Shown here in pieces: positions 11,474-25,050 of a stretch of DNA of 64,000 nt. The notes under the pieces are model-generated. The model did not search any database. It was given only the letters and a program-made list of their open reading frames with translations, and had not been told where the DNA came from. A program made the translations under genes and the position numbers. Each line of letters starts with the position of its first letter. Within the stretch, counting starts at the first letter, position 1. Source of the stretch: Octopus vulgaris (Eukaryota); the NCBI GenBank assembly GCA_951406725.2, contig OX597820.1, forward strand, positions 19,220,001 to 19,284,000, in the 5' to 3' direction.

Positions 11474-11902
11474 TTATTATTATTATTGAATTCAATATTT
11501 CGTTTGTATTCAAGAAGGAATGTGAGAAAGGCAACAATTTCGGTGTATATTTTAAGTGAAACGACTACAAGAAAAGACGAAGACAATGATGGTTCTGGAA
11601 ACGGTAACTGAACGATGATGTCATGCTCTAATGCATGCACACCGACACTGCCCTTTGGCATCTTATATTTGTCCATTTATGTATATATGGCTTGTGTGAA
11701 TGGAAGACATTTCAGATATACCACTCTGTGTTCCACTCTTGAAGTGTTTCCATGGTAACAATTGAAACTTGAAGAATATGTCTTTCTCAAAATATTTCTC
11801 AATCAGAACAGCTGTTCTTCATGTGATAAATAACACTGTACTAGAAGAAATTTCAACAGTTTGTGTAATTTACCATGTGTTACTTGTATAGGCATATGTT
11901 TC

Positions 11903-12265
11903 CACACACACACACGCAGACACTATACACACACACACAGACACTATACACACACACACACACTATATACACACACACACACACTATATATACAGACACA
12001 CCATACACATACACATACTACACGCACACTCACACTATATACAGACACACCATACACATACACACACACTACACACACACACTATACACAGACACACACC
12101 ACACACTATATACACACACACTATATATATAGACACACCATACACACATACCATACACACACACCATACTCACACACACTATACACACACCATACAGACC
12201 TCACACACACACACACCATACTCCCACCATATACTCACACCATACACACACCTTACACACACACA
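11903..12265. repeat. Degenerate CA-rich repeat (cacactatacac / cacaccatacac)
   Basis: Seen directly; abuts a minus-strand SINE A head at 12265-12405, so probably its expanded internal microsatellite. Confidence 0.9.
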
Positions 12266-12499
12266 AAGGCTTCTTTTAGTTTCCCACCTATCAAATTCAC
12301 AAAGCTTTGACTGACACTCACCCAAAGGTGCTGTGCGGTGGAATTGAACCCAAGTCCACTTGGTTGGGAAGTGAACTTGTTAAACACACAGCCTTGCCTG
12401 TGCCCATACATATACACACATATCATCATCAGCAGCAGCAGCAGCATCATTGCTGTCACCATCATCTGTCATCGTCGTTGCTGCCATCCTCGTTAATTA

Positions 12500-12857
12500 G
12501 TGGTGAGTAAAATGCTTGGCAGTGTTTCACCCATCTCAATGTTCTGAGTTCAAGTTCCACCAAGGTCAGCTTTGCCTTTCGTTCCTCCAGGGCCGACAAA
12601 ATAAGTACTAGTTGAGACTAGTCCCCTCTACAAAAATTTCAGGCCTTGTGTCTATAGCAGAAATGCAGAATCGTTAGCACGCTGGATGAAATGCTTGGCG
12701 GTATTTTGGTCATCGCTACATTCTGAGTTCAAATTCCATCAAGGTCACCTTTCTTTTTTGTTCTTGATAAATTAATTACCAGCGAAACACTGGGGTCTAT
12801 GTAATTGACTAGTCCCCTTCCCCAAAAATTTCAGGCCTTCTGCCTTGAGTAGAGAGG

Positions 12858-12858
<1 letters not shown>
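12500..12858 (+). mobile_element. Tandem pair of SINE B variants
   Basis: Two successive aaatgcttggc...ttctgagttcaa...ctagtcccct...aatttcaggcctt units. Confidence 0.75.
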
Positions 12859-12932
<74 letters not shown>

Positions 12933-13066
12933 ACTACTGCTACCACTGTTACTACTACTACTACTACTACTACTACTACAGCTGCTACCACTGTTACTAC
13001 TACTACTGGTATTGCTGCTGCTGCTACTGCTACTACTACTGTTACCACCACCACCACTACTACTAC
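12858..13066. repeat. (TAC)n/(TGC)n/(CAC)n trinucleotide array (SINE tail expansion)
   Basis: Seen directly; source of the poly-Y/S/V ORFs. Confidence 0.95.
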
Positions 13067-13393
13067 TTCTCCGCAGGCAAAAGTTACAGCATAACTCAAT
13101 TTTCATGTATTGGTACTTATCAAATTTATCAATACACAAAAAAAAACCTCAGCCCTTGTGTCCCTTTGTTACTTCGCTGATTGCTGATAAGAAATATATA
13201 CATCCATGTTTTGAGTTCCGTTTTCCTGTTTCCAACATTAAAGAGAGAGAGGGAGAGAGAGATGTGTGAAAGTACATATGTGTGTGTGAAGATCCATGCA
13301 CAGCCGAGTGTCAAAGAGTTAAGAGACTCAGTTGGTAATCATGTGATTCTTAACCAAACTTGTATACTTATAAAATATCTATTGTTAATGGCT

Positions 13394-13449
13394 ATGTGTG
13401 TGTGTGGTTGTGTGTGTATATATACTACATACATACATACATATATATA

Positions 13450-13485
<36 letters not shown>

Positions 13486-13491
13486 CATACC

Positions 13492-13541
<50 letters not shown>

Positions 13542-13597
13542 CCTGTGTGTGTGTATATATATATATATATACATACCTGTGTGTGTGTGTGTATATA
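13394..13597. repeat. Higher-order repeat [(TG)n(TA)n-catacc] x3
   Basis: Seen directly. Confidence 0.9.
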
Positions 13598-13627
13598 ATG
13601 TGTAGATATTAGAACATTTAAAGTTAG

Positions 13628-13679
13628 GTCTTACAGCTGTTTCCAGGATATTTATTAATTATATCCCCTCATCGGAGAT
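13628..13679 (-). ncRNA. Minimal hammerhead ribozyme-like motif
   Basis: tct-CCGATGA-gg-ggatat(aattaataa)atatcc-tg-GAAA-cagct-GTA-aga, with palindromic ACAGCTGT stem III. Confidence 0.6.
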
Positions 13680-13757
13680 GGTGTGATGTGACTGTGTGTG
13701 TATTGGTGGGGATTTTTGTCCTCCGTCTTCCCTTCCTTGGATCTTTCCTTTTCCTAT

Positions 13758-13792
13758 ATTTCTGACGAAGAGCTCCGCTTGAAGCGTTAAAT
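13758..13792 (+). ncRNA. Minimal hammerhead ribozyme-like motif (degenerate)
   Basis: attt-CTGACGA-a-gagc(tcc)gctt-GAAG-C-GTT-aaat. Confidence 0.5.
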
Positions 13793-13875
13793 CCTCCTTC
13801 TTTCTTTCCTTTCCTGAGCGGCCCATAACACTATACTTGTTCCACGTCCTCACACATACACACACACACACACAC

Positions 13876-14300
13876 AGGCATGGCTGTGAGGTAAGAAGTT
13901 TGCTTCCTGACCACATGGATTTGGGTTCAGTCCCACTGAGTGGCACTTTGGGCAAGTGTCTTCTACTTTAGGTTTGGGCTGACGAAAGCCCTATGAGTGA
14001 ATTGTATCAATAGAAACTGAAAGAAGTCTGTTGTATATATTTATATATATATATATGTATGTATTTGTGTGTGTGTGTGTGTTTATGTGTCTGTGAATGG
14101 CCCACTACCACAACCACCACTTGACCACCAGTGTTGGTGTGTTTACATACTCATAACTTGGCAGTTTGGCAAAAGAGACAGATAGAATAAGTATTGGGTT
14201 TTAAAAAAGTACTGAGGTCAATTTGCTTGACTGAAAACTCTTCAAGGTGGTGCCCCAGTATGGCTGCAGTCCAATGACTGAAATAAGTAAGAGATAAGTA
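13876..14300 (+). mobile_element. SINE family A
   Basis: Head, CORE-like segment and tail all present, diverged. Confidence 0.85.
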
Positions 14301-14344
14301 AATATATATAGATATATATACATGTATATATATATGTGTGTGTG

Positions 14345-14416
<72 letters not shown>

Positions 14417-15164
14417 CATATACATATACATAGATATATATATATTCAGAAAACATAAAACACACAGCACATGCACTTAAGATTGAGAGCATGTATCCAA
14501 AATGTGTTGCAAACATTTTCCCCACCAATTTCCATGTTTTCCATTTTAGTGTGTTATGTGGAAATTAACATATAGTATGTTTCACTGAAGTAAAAACAGT
14601 TTCTCTCTCTCTCTCTCTCCCTCTCCCTCTCTCCTCATCAATCTATCACTTTCCCCAATTCAACTGACCTCTAGCCTAAAGTAATCAAAGTATAACTCTT
14701 TTAAGAATATTTTTGTCTGTTGTAAAGGGAAAAAAATGTACTTAGAAACATAGAGCAGCACAATTGGTCTGTCATGTTTTCTGTACTTGTTCACTGATGT
14801 AAGGAACTTAGTGTAATGGTCTATTGATTATAGCTTGCATTACATTAGTCTGTTACAGTTGTCAACATAACTCTACTCTGCTGAACACAGACTACTGGCA
14901 CATGAACCTATAGTATTTAAGCATTTCACTTTTAAAAATTCATGAGTAAGCTGCCTACATTGGAGGAATTTTATTATTTTACTTCATCATTTTTATGTAT
15001 ATTTCTGCTTATATTTCTCTTTATTATACAATCATCTTTTTTTACACGGTAAATAGTGTACCTTAATGGGAGCAGTTTTAGGGTTACTGGTGCACTAAAT
15101 AAACTGAATTTCAATGCCCCTGCTCCCCAACCCAACAAAATTTTCACACAAAATCACCATCATC

Positions 15165-15480
15165 ATCATCGTGATCATTATCGTTTAATACCCATTTTCT
15201 ATGCTGGCATGGGTTGGACAGTTTGATTAGAGCTGGTAAGCAGGGGAGCTACACCAAGTTCCAGTCTGATTTGGCTTGGTTTCTACAGCTGGATGACCTT
15301 CTTAATGCAAACTTTACAGAACGTGCTGAGTGCTTCTTGTGTGTCATTGGCATAGGTACTCTCTATGTGACACGGACACGGTGGTTCTTATATAGCTTGG
15401 CATGTTTACTCAATGTGGCACAAGCATGGGTGCTTTCTACATAATTCTAGCATGGGTGCTTTTTATGTGGCACCATAAAT
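15165..15480 (-). mobile_element. RTE LINE 3' UTR fragment
   Basis: (CAT)n, then ctatgctggcatgggttggacagtttga...ttctacagctggatgaccttcttaatgc. Confidence 0.7.
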
Positions 15481-15714
15481 GTTGGAACAAAGTGTTTGTT
15501 ACAATACAGTTCATGTTGTTTCAGGTTCAGTCCCACTGCGTGGTACCATGGGCAACTGTCTTCTCATGTAGCACCAGACAGACCAACTGTGCCTTGTGAA
15601 TGAATTTCCCAGGCGGAGAGCTTTTACAAACCTTGTCGTGTGTGTGTGTTTGAATGTTTTCATGCTGTACTTGAATGAAAATAGCACTGAGCTATAAAAG
15701 ACATTAGTCTTTCT

Positions 15715-15918
15715 CTCTCTTTTACTTGTTTCAGTCATTTGACTGCGGCCATGCTGGAGCACTGCCTTTAGTCTAGCTAATCGAACCCAAGACTTATTCT
15801 TTGTAAGCCTAGTACTTATTCTATCGGTCTCTTTTGTTGAACCACTAAGTGACGGGGACGTAAACACACCAGCATCGGTTGTCAAGCGATGTTGGGGGGG
15901 ACAAACACAGACACACAA

Positions 15919-15953
<35 letters not shown>

Positions 15954-16121
15954 CATATACATATTACGAAGGGCTTCTTTCAGTTTCCGTCTACCAAATC
16001 CACTCACAAGGCTTTGGTCAGCCTGAGGCTATAGAAGACACTTGCCCAAGTTGCCAGGCAGTGGGGCTGAACCTGGAACCATGTGGTTGGTAAGCAAGCT
16101 ACTTACCACACAGCCACTCCT
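15715..16121 (-). mobile_element. SINE family A, full length
   Basis: Close to the consensus of the copies in this window. Confidence 0.9.
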
Positions 16122-16664
16122 ATCTTTGATAAATATTTCACTAAAAAAGAAAGCAAAGATAAACAAAAGAATAATTGCTGCATTTTTTAAGATGTATGGA
16201 ATAAAAAAGAAATCCCTTTACTTGAAAAATAGATACGGGTTAACAAGTAGCACATTTGGTTGTACAACAAGGCCCCAATTGTAAATACCCATCTAATTCA
16301 TGCTAACCTCGAAATACATATCTAAAATGAATGAAAAAGGAGAATAAAATGTCATTATTCATTATTTTCATTTTTCCCTTTTATTTCAAAGATGGTACCC
16401 TCAAGCACATGATGCTTGTCACTACCTTCAACCAATTCTACACCTTAATAGTTTATAATGGTTAATCAAGTTGAAAGCGTCAGCTTTGATCACCTGTATT
16501 AATTCTTCAACCCTTTTCAGCACAGAATTTTGTCAGTGAACAGGTCGCAGTCTCAAAGCGCCGAAAATATTTTGGCAAATTAAATTTAAATGTTGAAGTG
16601 AATCTTAACCGTTTTTGTGTGTCTTAAATGGCTTATCTTCCACGCTGTAATTCCTTTTCATACC

Positions 16665-16883
16665 AACCCACCTTAAATAGATTCTGGTTCTATAATACAA
16701 ATTCCTGTTTCAAACTGATCTGAATTGAAAATTTCCATCGAAATTTCATATCAATTTATGTTCCAAACTTAATAATGGTAAAGTTATTTTGCTAAATTCT
16801 TTATTATCTTCAAAATAAATTGAAACAAAGGCACTTCAGAAATTTAACCCTTTCAACAAAAATATGATAACAAAAGGGTTAAA
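16665..16883. mobile_element. piggyBac-type MITE family P2 (diverged monomer)
   Basis: Body shared with the 29.6-30.4 kb array; ends gataacaaaagggttaa. Confidence 0.6.
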
Positions 16884-18134
16884 TCTCTGAAGTGCTTTCC
16901 CTATATAAATCTCCCAGTCTTGTTAGAAACTAAATATTTTGAAGAAATGCTGTTAATCCAGTATTAAAAATCATAAAAATATGACAATTTCAAGGATTTG
17001 GATGAGACTTGGTGATCAAATGTAGTGAATGTTGGTATACAGTATGAATGTGATTTTCACCTGTTGTCATGTCATTGTCACCTGCCCAAGAAGGTTGAAT
17101 ACAGTTAAGTTGATTAGACATAGGTGTTTTCACATATATTTACAAAATATCGATTCCAAGGCATTGAGGTGAATTTGCGCTCCAGTAATCTCTGCCACTT
17201 AGAGGCTACCTAGAATCAGAAAATGATTTCTTAGATATTCTCTCATCTCCTCCATCAATGTAATTAACATAATGTTGCCTTGTTGACATGCTTACCTTGT
17301 CTCACCACTCAATTGATATTGTAGGGTAGGTGTGAGAGGCCAGATGTGGCCAGTTTGAATGCTAAATGCTTAAGAGTAAATCTTCATTTGTATCTTTTAT
17401 TACCTCTATTTGTTTTACTATTCTGTTTTTTTTTTTGTTTTTTTTTTGGTTCTGCCCTCCTTCTTGTGCAGTTAAGAAGCTCATTTTGTAACCGTGTGGT
17501 TTTAGGTTCAGTCCCACTGTGCAGCACCTTGGGCAAGTACCCTCTGCTATAAACTCAGGCAAACCAATGCTTTGTGGATGAATTTCGTTGGCATAAGATC
17601 TCAGGAATCCCATCATGTACATGCGTGTATGTGTGTGTGTGTCTGTGGTGTTTGTATGCTACAATCACTTGGCATCTGGTGTCTATCTTTCTAGTCAGTA
17701 TGTTCCACTAAAACTTTTATGGTGGTGTTCCTCCACGGCTGCAATCCAGTGCCTGAAACAAATAACAGAGAGAAAGATAAAGATATAAAAGGACACACAA
17801 CTGTATGGTTCCATGTTTTCTCTCCACTAAAAACACTTTACAACTGTGTGTTAATTGTTCAGCTCTCAGTGAAAAGAAATGGAATCACCTAAAGATAAAG
17901 GGTCATTGTAAGCAGCAGTTTTGGGTTTAGCATTGGAAAGATATAAGATAATCAGGTTCTGAGGCAGTTATGAATATAACCACCTTAGAACTTGTGTGTG
18001 TACGTGTGTGTGTGTGTATGTACATATATATACACACATACATATATATTAACATACCAGAGTAAGCACATAAATGCGAAACAGGGTGGAAAAAATAGTA
18101 CACAAATACCAGAGGTAGAGTAACATGCTTTATT

Positions 18135-18212
18135 TGTATATATATATGTGTATATGTCTGTGTATGTATATATATGTGTATGTCTGTGTATGTATATATA
18201 TGTATATGTATA

Positions 18213-18297
<85 letters not shown>

Positions 18298-18323
18298 TTG
18301 TATATATATATATATATATATAT
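18135..18323. repeat. (TA)n/(TG)n microsatellite
   Basis: Seen directly. Confidence 0.95.
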
Positions 18324-18349
18324 AAAAATATACTTATATTTATATATTT

Positions 18350-18610
18350 CATTTAACAGCTGTTCTCCATGTTGGCATGGGCTGGACTGCCTAACAGGAG
18401 TTGGTCAGCTGGAGAGCTTCCCAGGCTCCATTTGTCTGTTTTGGCTTGGTTTCTATGGCTGGATGCCCTTCTTAACACTAACCACTTTACAGAGTACCCT
18501 GGGTCCTTTAAACATGACCCCAGCACAAGCACTCTTACTTTGCACCGGCAAGAGTGCCTTTGCGTGGCACCAGCACATGCACTCTTATGTGACACCAGCA
18601 CCCACAAGAC
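18350..18610 (-). mobile_element. RTE LINE 3' UTR fragment
   Basis: ccatgttggcatgggctggac...ttctatggctggatgcccttcttaacac. Confidence 0.7.
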
Positions 18611-20232
18611 TGAGAGAGAGATATAGAAGACATCCCCTTATGCATGGACAGCTATGGTTTTATTTAGGTTTGCATGTCTTCTCAGGCATAGCAAAGCACC
18701 AGAAATCTCAGCCCCTATATATGCGCACGTGCGCATGTGTGTCTCTGTGTGTGTGTATACATATAACATTGTAAAAGCATCAAATATTGTAAAAGAGAAT
18801 ATGCATTGAATCGTGGAGGGAAATACGATTGAATGCTTTCTTCTAATACAAAATTCCTCAGTAATTCTTGTGCTTGTATGAGAATATGCAAACGAACTAA
18901 TTCTGCAAAGGAAACATGATTGCGCGAAGAAGAAATGTTGATGTTGACGTATATCATACATTAAGAAAGCCAACCTGATTACTCAGCTTCCAAATGCTTA
19001 TCTTTACATATTCTGATAAATAGAGAAGATTCTTAGAACCTGCCCCTAAACTGATTACCTAATTTCGGTTTGTGGAGCACCGTAGCTATCGTTGCAAAGT
19101 ATGGTAGATGTAGTATAAAGCTTTGTGGTGTGTTAACTTTTTAAAATCTATAATCTTTCTGCAGAGGATAATGGTGAAGTAAATAAGAAGTACAGCAGAG
19201 ATTGATCAGAATGGATTTGTGTTTATCTTTTGAGTCGTTTATGCAGTTAATCCGTTGAGTTTTGGAAAATAAGCAAGAAATTTTGCTTTTGTAAATTGAA
19301 CGGTTGCTTAGTAGGAGGGCATCTGACTGCAAAACACGACGACTTTTAGATGCATCGAAAATATCTGAAATTTGCGAGCAGGAGCTGTTCCAATGTATGG
19401 GGAATGAAAAACAGAAAATACAAAATATAAAAAAAAAACAAAAAAAAGCAAAAAAAAAAAACCAAAGAAAAGAAAAAGTCATGAAACCAAGGAAACAAAT
19501 TGGTTATTCTTGGGTGGGTGATAAGGCTTAACAAAAGCGAGATCAGGATAAATGATTTAGGAGAGAGAATAATCTTTCATATGGTATGTGAAAAGAATAA
19601 AGAGGATTATTATCTCAACATAGTGCATGGTCATGTCTTATTATTCAGAGAAAGCTTTCTTAATACAATTTCTATTCATAGCTGTTTTCTGGTTGGAAGA
19701 ATTGTATAAAAGCAGCAGCTCATCAATGCCATTTGCAGTGCTCTTTCAATCTTTGATAGGTTTTATTTTCATTTTATTTATATTTTATTTATATTTTATT
19801 TTATTTTATTTATTCGTTTGTTTATTGTTATTGCTGTTTGTTTGATATGTAATCATCTATTTTTATGCAGAGCTAATTTTAAATGTTTATTTATTAGAAT
19901 ATGTTTCTGCTAAACTATCCTATTTAATACTTAATTAAGGTGACGCATGTTGAGATTAATTTTCCTTCGTTAGTTAAATAAACGTAGAAATTTTCGGGGA
20001 ATAAAATTTTATATTCAATCAAAAACAGAAAAGTGCAATGCTTGATTATATGGTTAGAAAAATAGCAAACACATTGGTAATTATAACCAATAAGTGTGTG
20101 AAACTCAACCTGAGATTGTCATCAGACACAAGACAGTGTCAGTTTCAGAAAAAGGAGTCCAAATGGAGTGACAGACCTACTTTAGGAAATTTTAACCCTT
20201 TTGTTACCACATTTACTATTATTAAGCTGATG

Positions 20233-20447
20233 TAAGGCGGCAAGTTGGCAGCATTGTTACCATACTGGAAAAATGTTTAGTGGCATTTCTTCTGAATTAA
20301 TGTTCTGAGTTCAAATGTTGCTGGAGTTGACTCTGTTTTTCATCCTTTTGGTTTTGCTAAAACAAGTACCAGTTGAACACTGGGGTCGATATAATCGACT
20401 TACCCCTCTTCCCGAAATTACTGCTCTTATGGTAGAATTTGAAACCA
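20233..20447 (+). mobile_element. SINE family B inserted in an older P2 MITE (20191-21056)
   Basis: aaggcggcaagttggcag head; flanked by attattaagct direct repeats. Confidence 0.75.
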
Positions 20448-20475
20448 TTATTAAGCTAGTGGTTGGAACATAGAT

Positions 20476-20953
20476 TAACCCTTTCGTTACTGTATTTATT
20501 TTGAGATGCTCTGTGTTTCTTTCAATTATTTCAAATTTAACAAAGAATTTAGTAAAATAACTTGGTTGTCATTAAACTAGTGTTAGGAACATAAATTGTG
20601 ACTAAGGTTTGGTGGAAGATTTTAAATCAAACTTATGAACACAAGACATTTGTACTCAGAGCCAGAGGTAGTTTCAGATGGGTTGGTAACAAAGAGGTTA
20701 AGAATTGTTTCTTTATTATATATTTTAACCCTTTTTGTTACCGTATTTCTGTTGAGATGCTCTGTTTCTTTCAGCTAATCTGAAATATAACAAAGAATTT
20801 AATAAAATAACTTAGTTATCATTAAGCTAGTCTTAGGAACATAAATTGTGACTTAGGTTTGGTGGAAGATTTTTTAATTCAAAACTTATGAAAACAAGCA
20901 CTTGTACTACAGAGCCAGAGGTGGTTTCAGCCGGGTTGATAATGAAAGGGTTA
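20476..20953 (+). mobile_element. piggyBac-type MITE P2 tandem dimer
   Basis: Two ~228-bp ttaaccc...ggtta units separated by spacer gaattgtttctttattatatatt. Confidence 0.8.
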
Positions 20954-21221
20954 GTTTGGAATTTTGATGGAAAGTTTTAATTTTGATTCACTTTGAAACA
21001 AGGAATGTGTCTCAGAACCAGGGATAGTTTCAGGCAAGTTGGTATCAAAAGGGTGAAAGCTTCTAATATTTAGCCTTTTAGCATTTTATGTAATCCAAAT
21101 ATTCTACCTGTTTTGTATTAAAACTGACAATATCCAACCTCTCACACCTATCCTACAATGTCATTCCAAAAATATACAAGCACACCATTGACATCTCAAA
21201 GCTACAAGATCATGCATGGTT

Positions 21222-21590
21222 AGTGGCCATGCTGGAGTACTGCTTTGAAGAATTTTTAGTCGAATGAATCGACCCCAGTACTAATTATTTGTTAAGCCTG
21301 GTTCTTATTCTATCAGTCTCTTTTGCTTAACTGCCAAGTTTCAGGGACATAAACGCACCAACAGTGGTTGTCAAGCAGTATTGAGAGGCAAACACACACA
21401 CACATGCATATATGATGGGTTTTCAGTTTCCATCTACCAAATTCTCTCACAAGGCTTTGATTGGCCCAAGGCTTTGGCTGATCCGAGGCCATAGTAGAAG
21501 TCACTTGCCCAAGGTGCTACACAATAGGACTGAACTTGGAACCATGTGCTTAAGAAGTAAACTTCTTAATACACAGCTATGCCTGCACCT
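21222..21590 (-). mobile_element. SINE family A inside a minus-strand P1 MITE (~21075-21625)
   Basis: Matches family A; P1 body on both flanks. Confidence 0.75.
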
Positions 21591-23193
21591 ATTTGACCAA
21601 AAATAATCTGAATGCAAAAGGTTTAAAGCATCTTTGCAAATAGGACCTGGAGTGATTTCTTTGCTTTTCTTTATTTTTTGTGACTTTGTTTTTTGAAAAC
21701 AGTGTTTCTTATATGCCATCAAGTACTGAGTATTCTGTTCAGCATTGTATTAGTATTGCTGTGTAACTTGCTCAACCCTTTTGGGGATTTTTGTACTCCT
21801 CTGTGGAGCATTCTGCCTGTGTTTTTCAGTTAACTTTTAACATCTTGTTGAAAATTTTCAGAGTCGAAAAGCTCAGCCTTGTAACAATTGAATAGAAAAT
21901 ACTTGAAGATGGATTTGTTTATTCAAAAATGTATAGAGGCTTTACTTGTGGTCAGATTATTGAAAAATTGGTAGTATTGCTAAAAAAGACTCTTTTATTC
22001 TTTTACTTGTTTCAGTCATTTGACTGCAGCCATGCTGGAGCACCGCATTTAGTCAAACAAATCGACCCCCAGGACTTATTCTTTGTAAGCCTAGTACTTA
22101 TTGTATCGGTCTCTTTTGCTCTTAATGTCAACTGTAGGAGCAAAAGGAAACGACACAAATACAAAAAAAAAAAAAAAGAAAATCCAAGAGTTAAATTAGT
22201 ATTAACCGTTCAACCCATGCCAGCATGGATAACCGACGTAAAACGATGATGATGATGATGATGATGATTTAATTGTATAAAGGACCTAAAAACATTGGCC
22301 TTTTTCTTTTCTCTTTTTGGCTTGTGTGTGTGTGTGTGTTGCAGAGGTAATTTATTAACTCTGGTGGATGAAAGGTAAAAACCAACATAAACAGAATCTG
22401 AACTCGTAGTGTAAGGGAATATGACTAAACACTAAAAGGTATTTCGTCTTGTACAAATTCACCCCTTGCCTCATTCCCTGGTATAATTCATGAAAACAAA
22501 GCCGAAGCTATTCTGAAATTTGTTCACTAGTCTGTCATTCTGACAGGTTCTTTCTGAATTATAAGGTATGTCTAGCTTTGAATAAATTTACTTTATATTA
22601 ACTTTCTCGTTTCAAGGGGTTTTTTTTTCTTCTATTTCATTTCTTTTTTTTCCTTCTATTATTCGCTTCTTGTAATGCATAATGCATATTGCGAAAATGG
22701 GAACAAGCTTTCAAGGTTCAAAAACTATTCACATTCAACATGCCTGGCTTGGTTTCTTTCATTCAGTTAGTTCTGATATAATTAACTTGCTTTCTTTAAC
22801 GAACAGCGTTTATGATCTGAACATGGCCCAGAAACTGGCTATTGTAATTAGTTGCTGGTTGAAATATTTAATTGGATGCATTTGCACCTGTGGAAGCCGT
22901 CCCCACTAATCTCGTCACCAGAGCTTCTCATTTATGAATATTGAAATTTCATTTTATTGCGTCAAACGTTATAATGTCTAACACAGAATTTGTATCTGAG
23001 CTGTTGGCAAGCCCATGTTATTTATTCAGCGGGGAATTATCGTGCTGTTTATACTATGTTTAGAATATTGTAACATTTTGCAGTTTATCTGAAGAACTTT
23101 CATAGAGATACAAGTAGAAGAAAGCATTGAAAATATTTTGACAAATCGGAGTAAAGACCAAACAAAAGAAAAAAAATAATAATAAAGGAATTT

Positions 23194-23552
23194 AGGTGCA
23201 GGAGTGACTGTGTGGTAAGTAGCTTGCTTACCAACCGCATGGTTCCAGGTTTAGTCCCACTGTGTGTGGCACCTTGGGCAAGTGTCTTTTATTATAGTCT
23301 CGGGGTGACCAAAGCCTGTTGTATATATGTATATGTGTGTGTGTGTGTGTTTATTTGTGTGTCTGTGTTTGTCCCCCCAACATAGCTTGACAACTAATAC
23401 TGGTGTGTTTACGTCACTGTAACTTAGCAGTTCGGCAAAAGAGACCGATAGAATAAGTATTAGGCTTACAAAGAATAAGTCCTGGGGGTCGATTTGCTTG
23501 ACTAAAGGCGGTGCTCCAGCATGACTGAAACAAGTAAAAGAGTAAAAGAGTT
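23194..23552 (+). mobile_element. SINE family A
   Basis: Head to aaagagtaaaagag tail, with internal deletions. Confidence 0.88.
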
Positions 23553-24726
23553 TATTCAATATTACAACATAATATAATTCACATTTCACATAGGTAGTAC
23601 CCTATACTGATTGCATATATATGTGGGGGGGCTTTAAGGGTATCATGGAAGGCCTAATTGAAGGCCCAACCTCCCAAGCCCTTTTACAGGGCTTAGGAAA
23701 ACTGAAAAACTGAAGGACCACTGCAATAAGTGTGTGAATTTGAGAGGGGAATATACTGAATAAAATCATAATTAACTGATCCTCCTGTATTTTTTTTACC
23801 CAAAGCCAGGGACTTTTCAGCACCCCCTTGTGTATGGCTGCGTGTATCCGTCCGTCTGTCCATATATTTCTCTACATTTCATAATGTTTCCAGTTTTGTT
23901 GGCTGTTAGTATTTTGCTGATTTTATTCATACTTAGATGTTATTAATGGTAAACTATTAAATTTATTAAAATTCATTTTTCTATCTTATGTTTAATACGT
24001 CTTCTCTGAATGTTTGTTATCATTTTCTGATCAAAACCGTTGTCTTTTATATAAAATTGTCGATGTTCAACATGATTGATGTATAATATACAATTTGTAA
24101 ATAATTCAACTTTCTTAATTATAATATTGTTTCTTTCCACAGAAATTTTCAAACAAGTTTTCTGCAACAATTCTGCATATTAGGATATATTTACCTACTA
24201 ATCAAGGCACCAATATTATCTCTCGTTCTTGTAAGTATGGCATTTTCTGGTTTTACTTAGACATTTCTAAAGTAAATGATTTTAGACAAGTGATTAATCT
24301 TTTATTATTGTTTCATTATTAAGACAACATTTAGCAAAATTATTTTCTATTTAGTTGTTGGTTACAATAATATTCATCAACGACTTGGCATGCTTCAAAT
24401 TCATTGAGTATTTCTCTGTTCTGTGTGTCTTTTACATATTCTTAACAACTTATAGTTTCTTTCTGAGTTAAAATCATCAGGCTGCTAATGTTTTGACATC
24501 TTTAACCATCTCAGAGACCTCACAAGGGGATTTAAGTAAGAACGTGGACTGTACCTCCTCATTATTCCTATTTTAAGCTGGCTGAGTTGGGTTTGTCCAT
24601 TTCTTAGTTTTTTTATATTCACCCTATTTAATGGCATAAAAAAACACAGAGGTAGATGTATATTTAGGAAAATTAAGTTTTTGGTGCATTGCATCCTTTA
24701 ACATAACTCTGTCCAATGTAATGCTT

Positions 24727-25050
24727 ATGGAAATTGTAGTTGTGATCCCTGTGCCGGTGGTAGGTAAAAAGCACCATCCGAACGTGGCAGATGCCAGTGC
24801 CGCCTTGACTGGCTTCTGTGCCAGTGGCACGTAAAAAGCACCAACCGATCGTGGCTGCTGCCAGCCTCGCCGGGCACCTGTGCCGGTGGTTGGCGTTAGG
24901 AAAGGCATCCAGCTGTAGAAACACTGCTAGATCAGACTGGAGCCTGGTGCAGCCTCCTGGCTTCCCAGACCCTGGTCGAACCGTCCAACCCATGCTAGCA
25001 TGGAAAACGGACGTTAAATGATGATGATGATAATGATGATGATGATGATG
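24727..25050 (+). mobile_element. RTE LINE 3' UTR with (GAT)n tail
   Basis: Near-identical to 50478-50815. Confidence 0.82.

Larger units (their letters stand above)
13600..13850. mobile_element. Penelope-like terminal repeat fragment with two hammerhead-like motifs
   Basis: Minus strand 13628-13679 and plus strand 13758-13792 each carry a minimal hammerhead core; boundaries approximate. Confidence 0.6.

Noticed and set aside
12809-13269. Poly-Ser/Val/Tyr/Leu ORFs (similar at 26.6, 41.1 and 53.8 kb)
   Set aside because: Trinucleotide arrays at retroposon tails; no splice or codon evidence.
23973-24170. Minus ORF with KDNGFDQKMITNI, faintly like a Penelope RT linker
   Set aside because: Similarity is too short and unsupported by other motifs.
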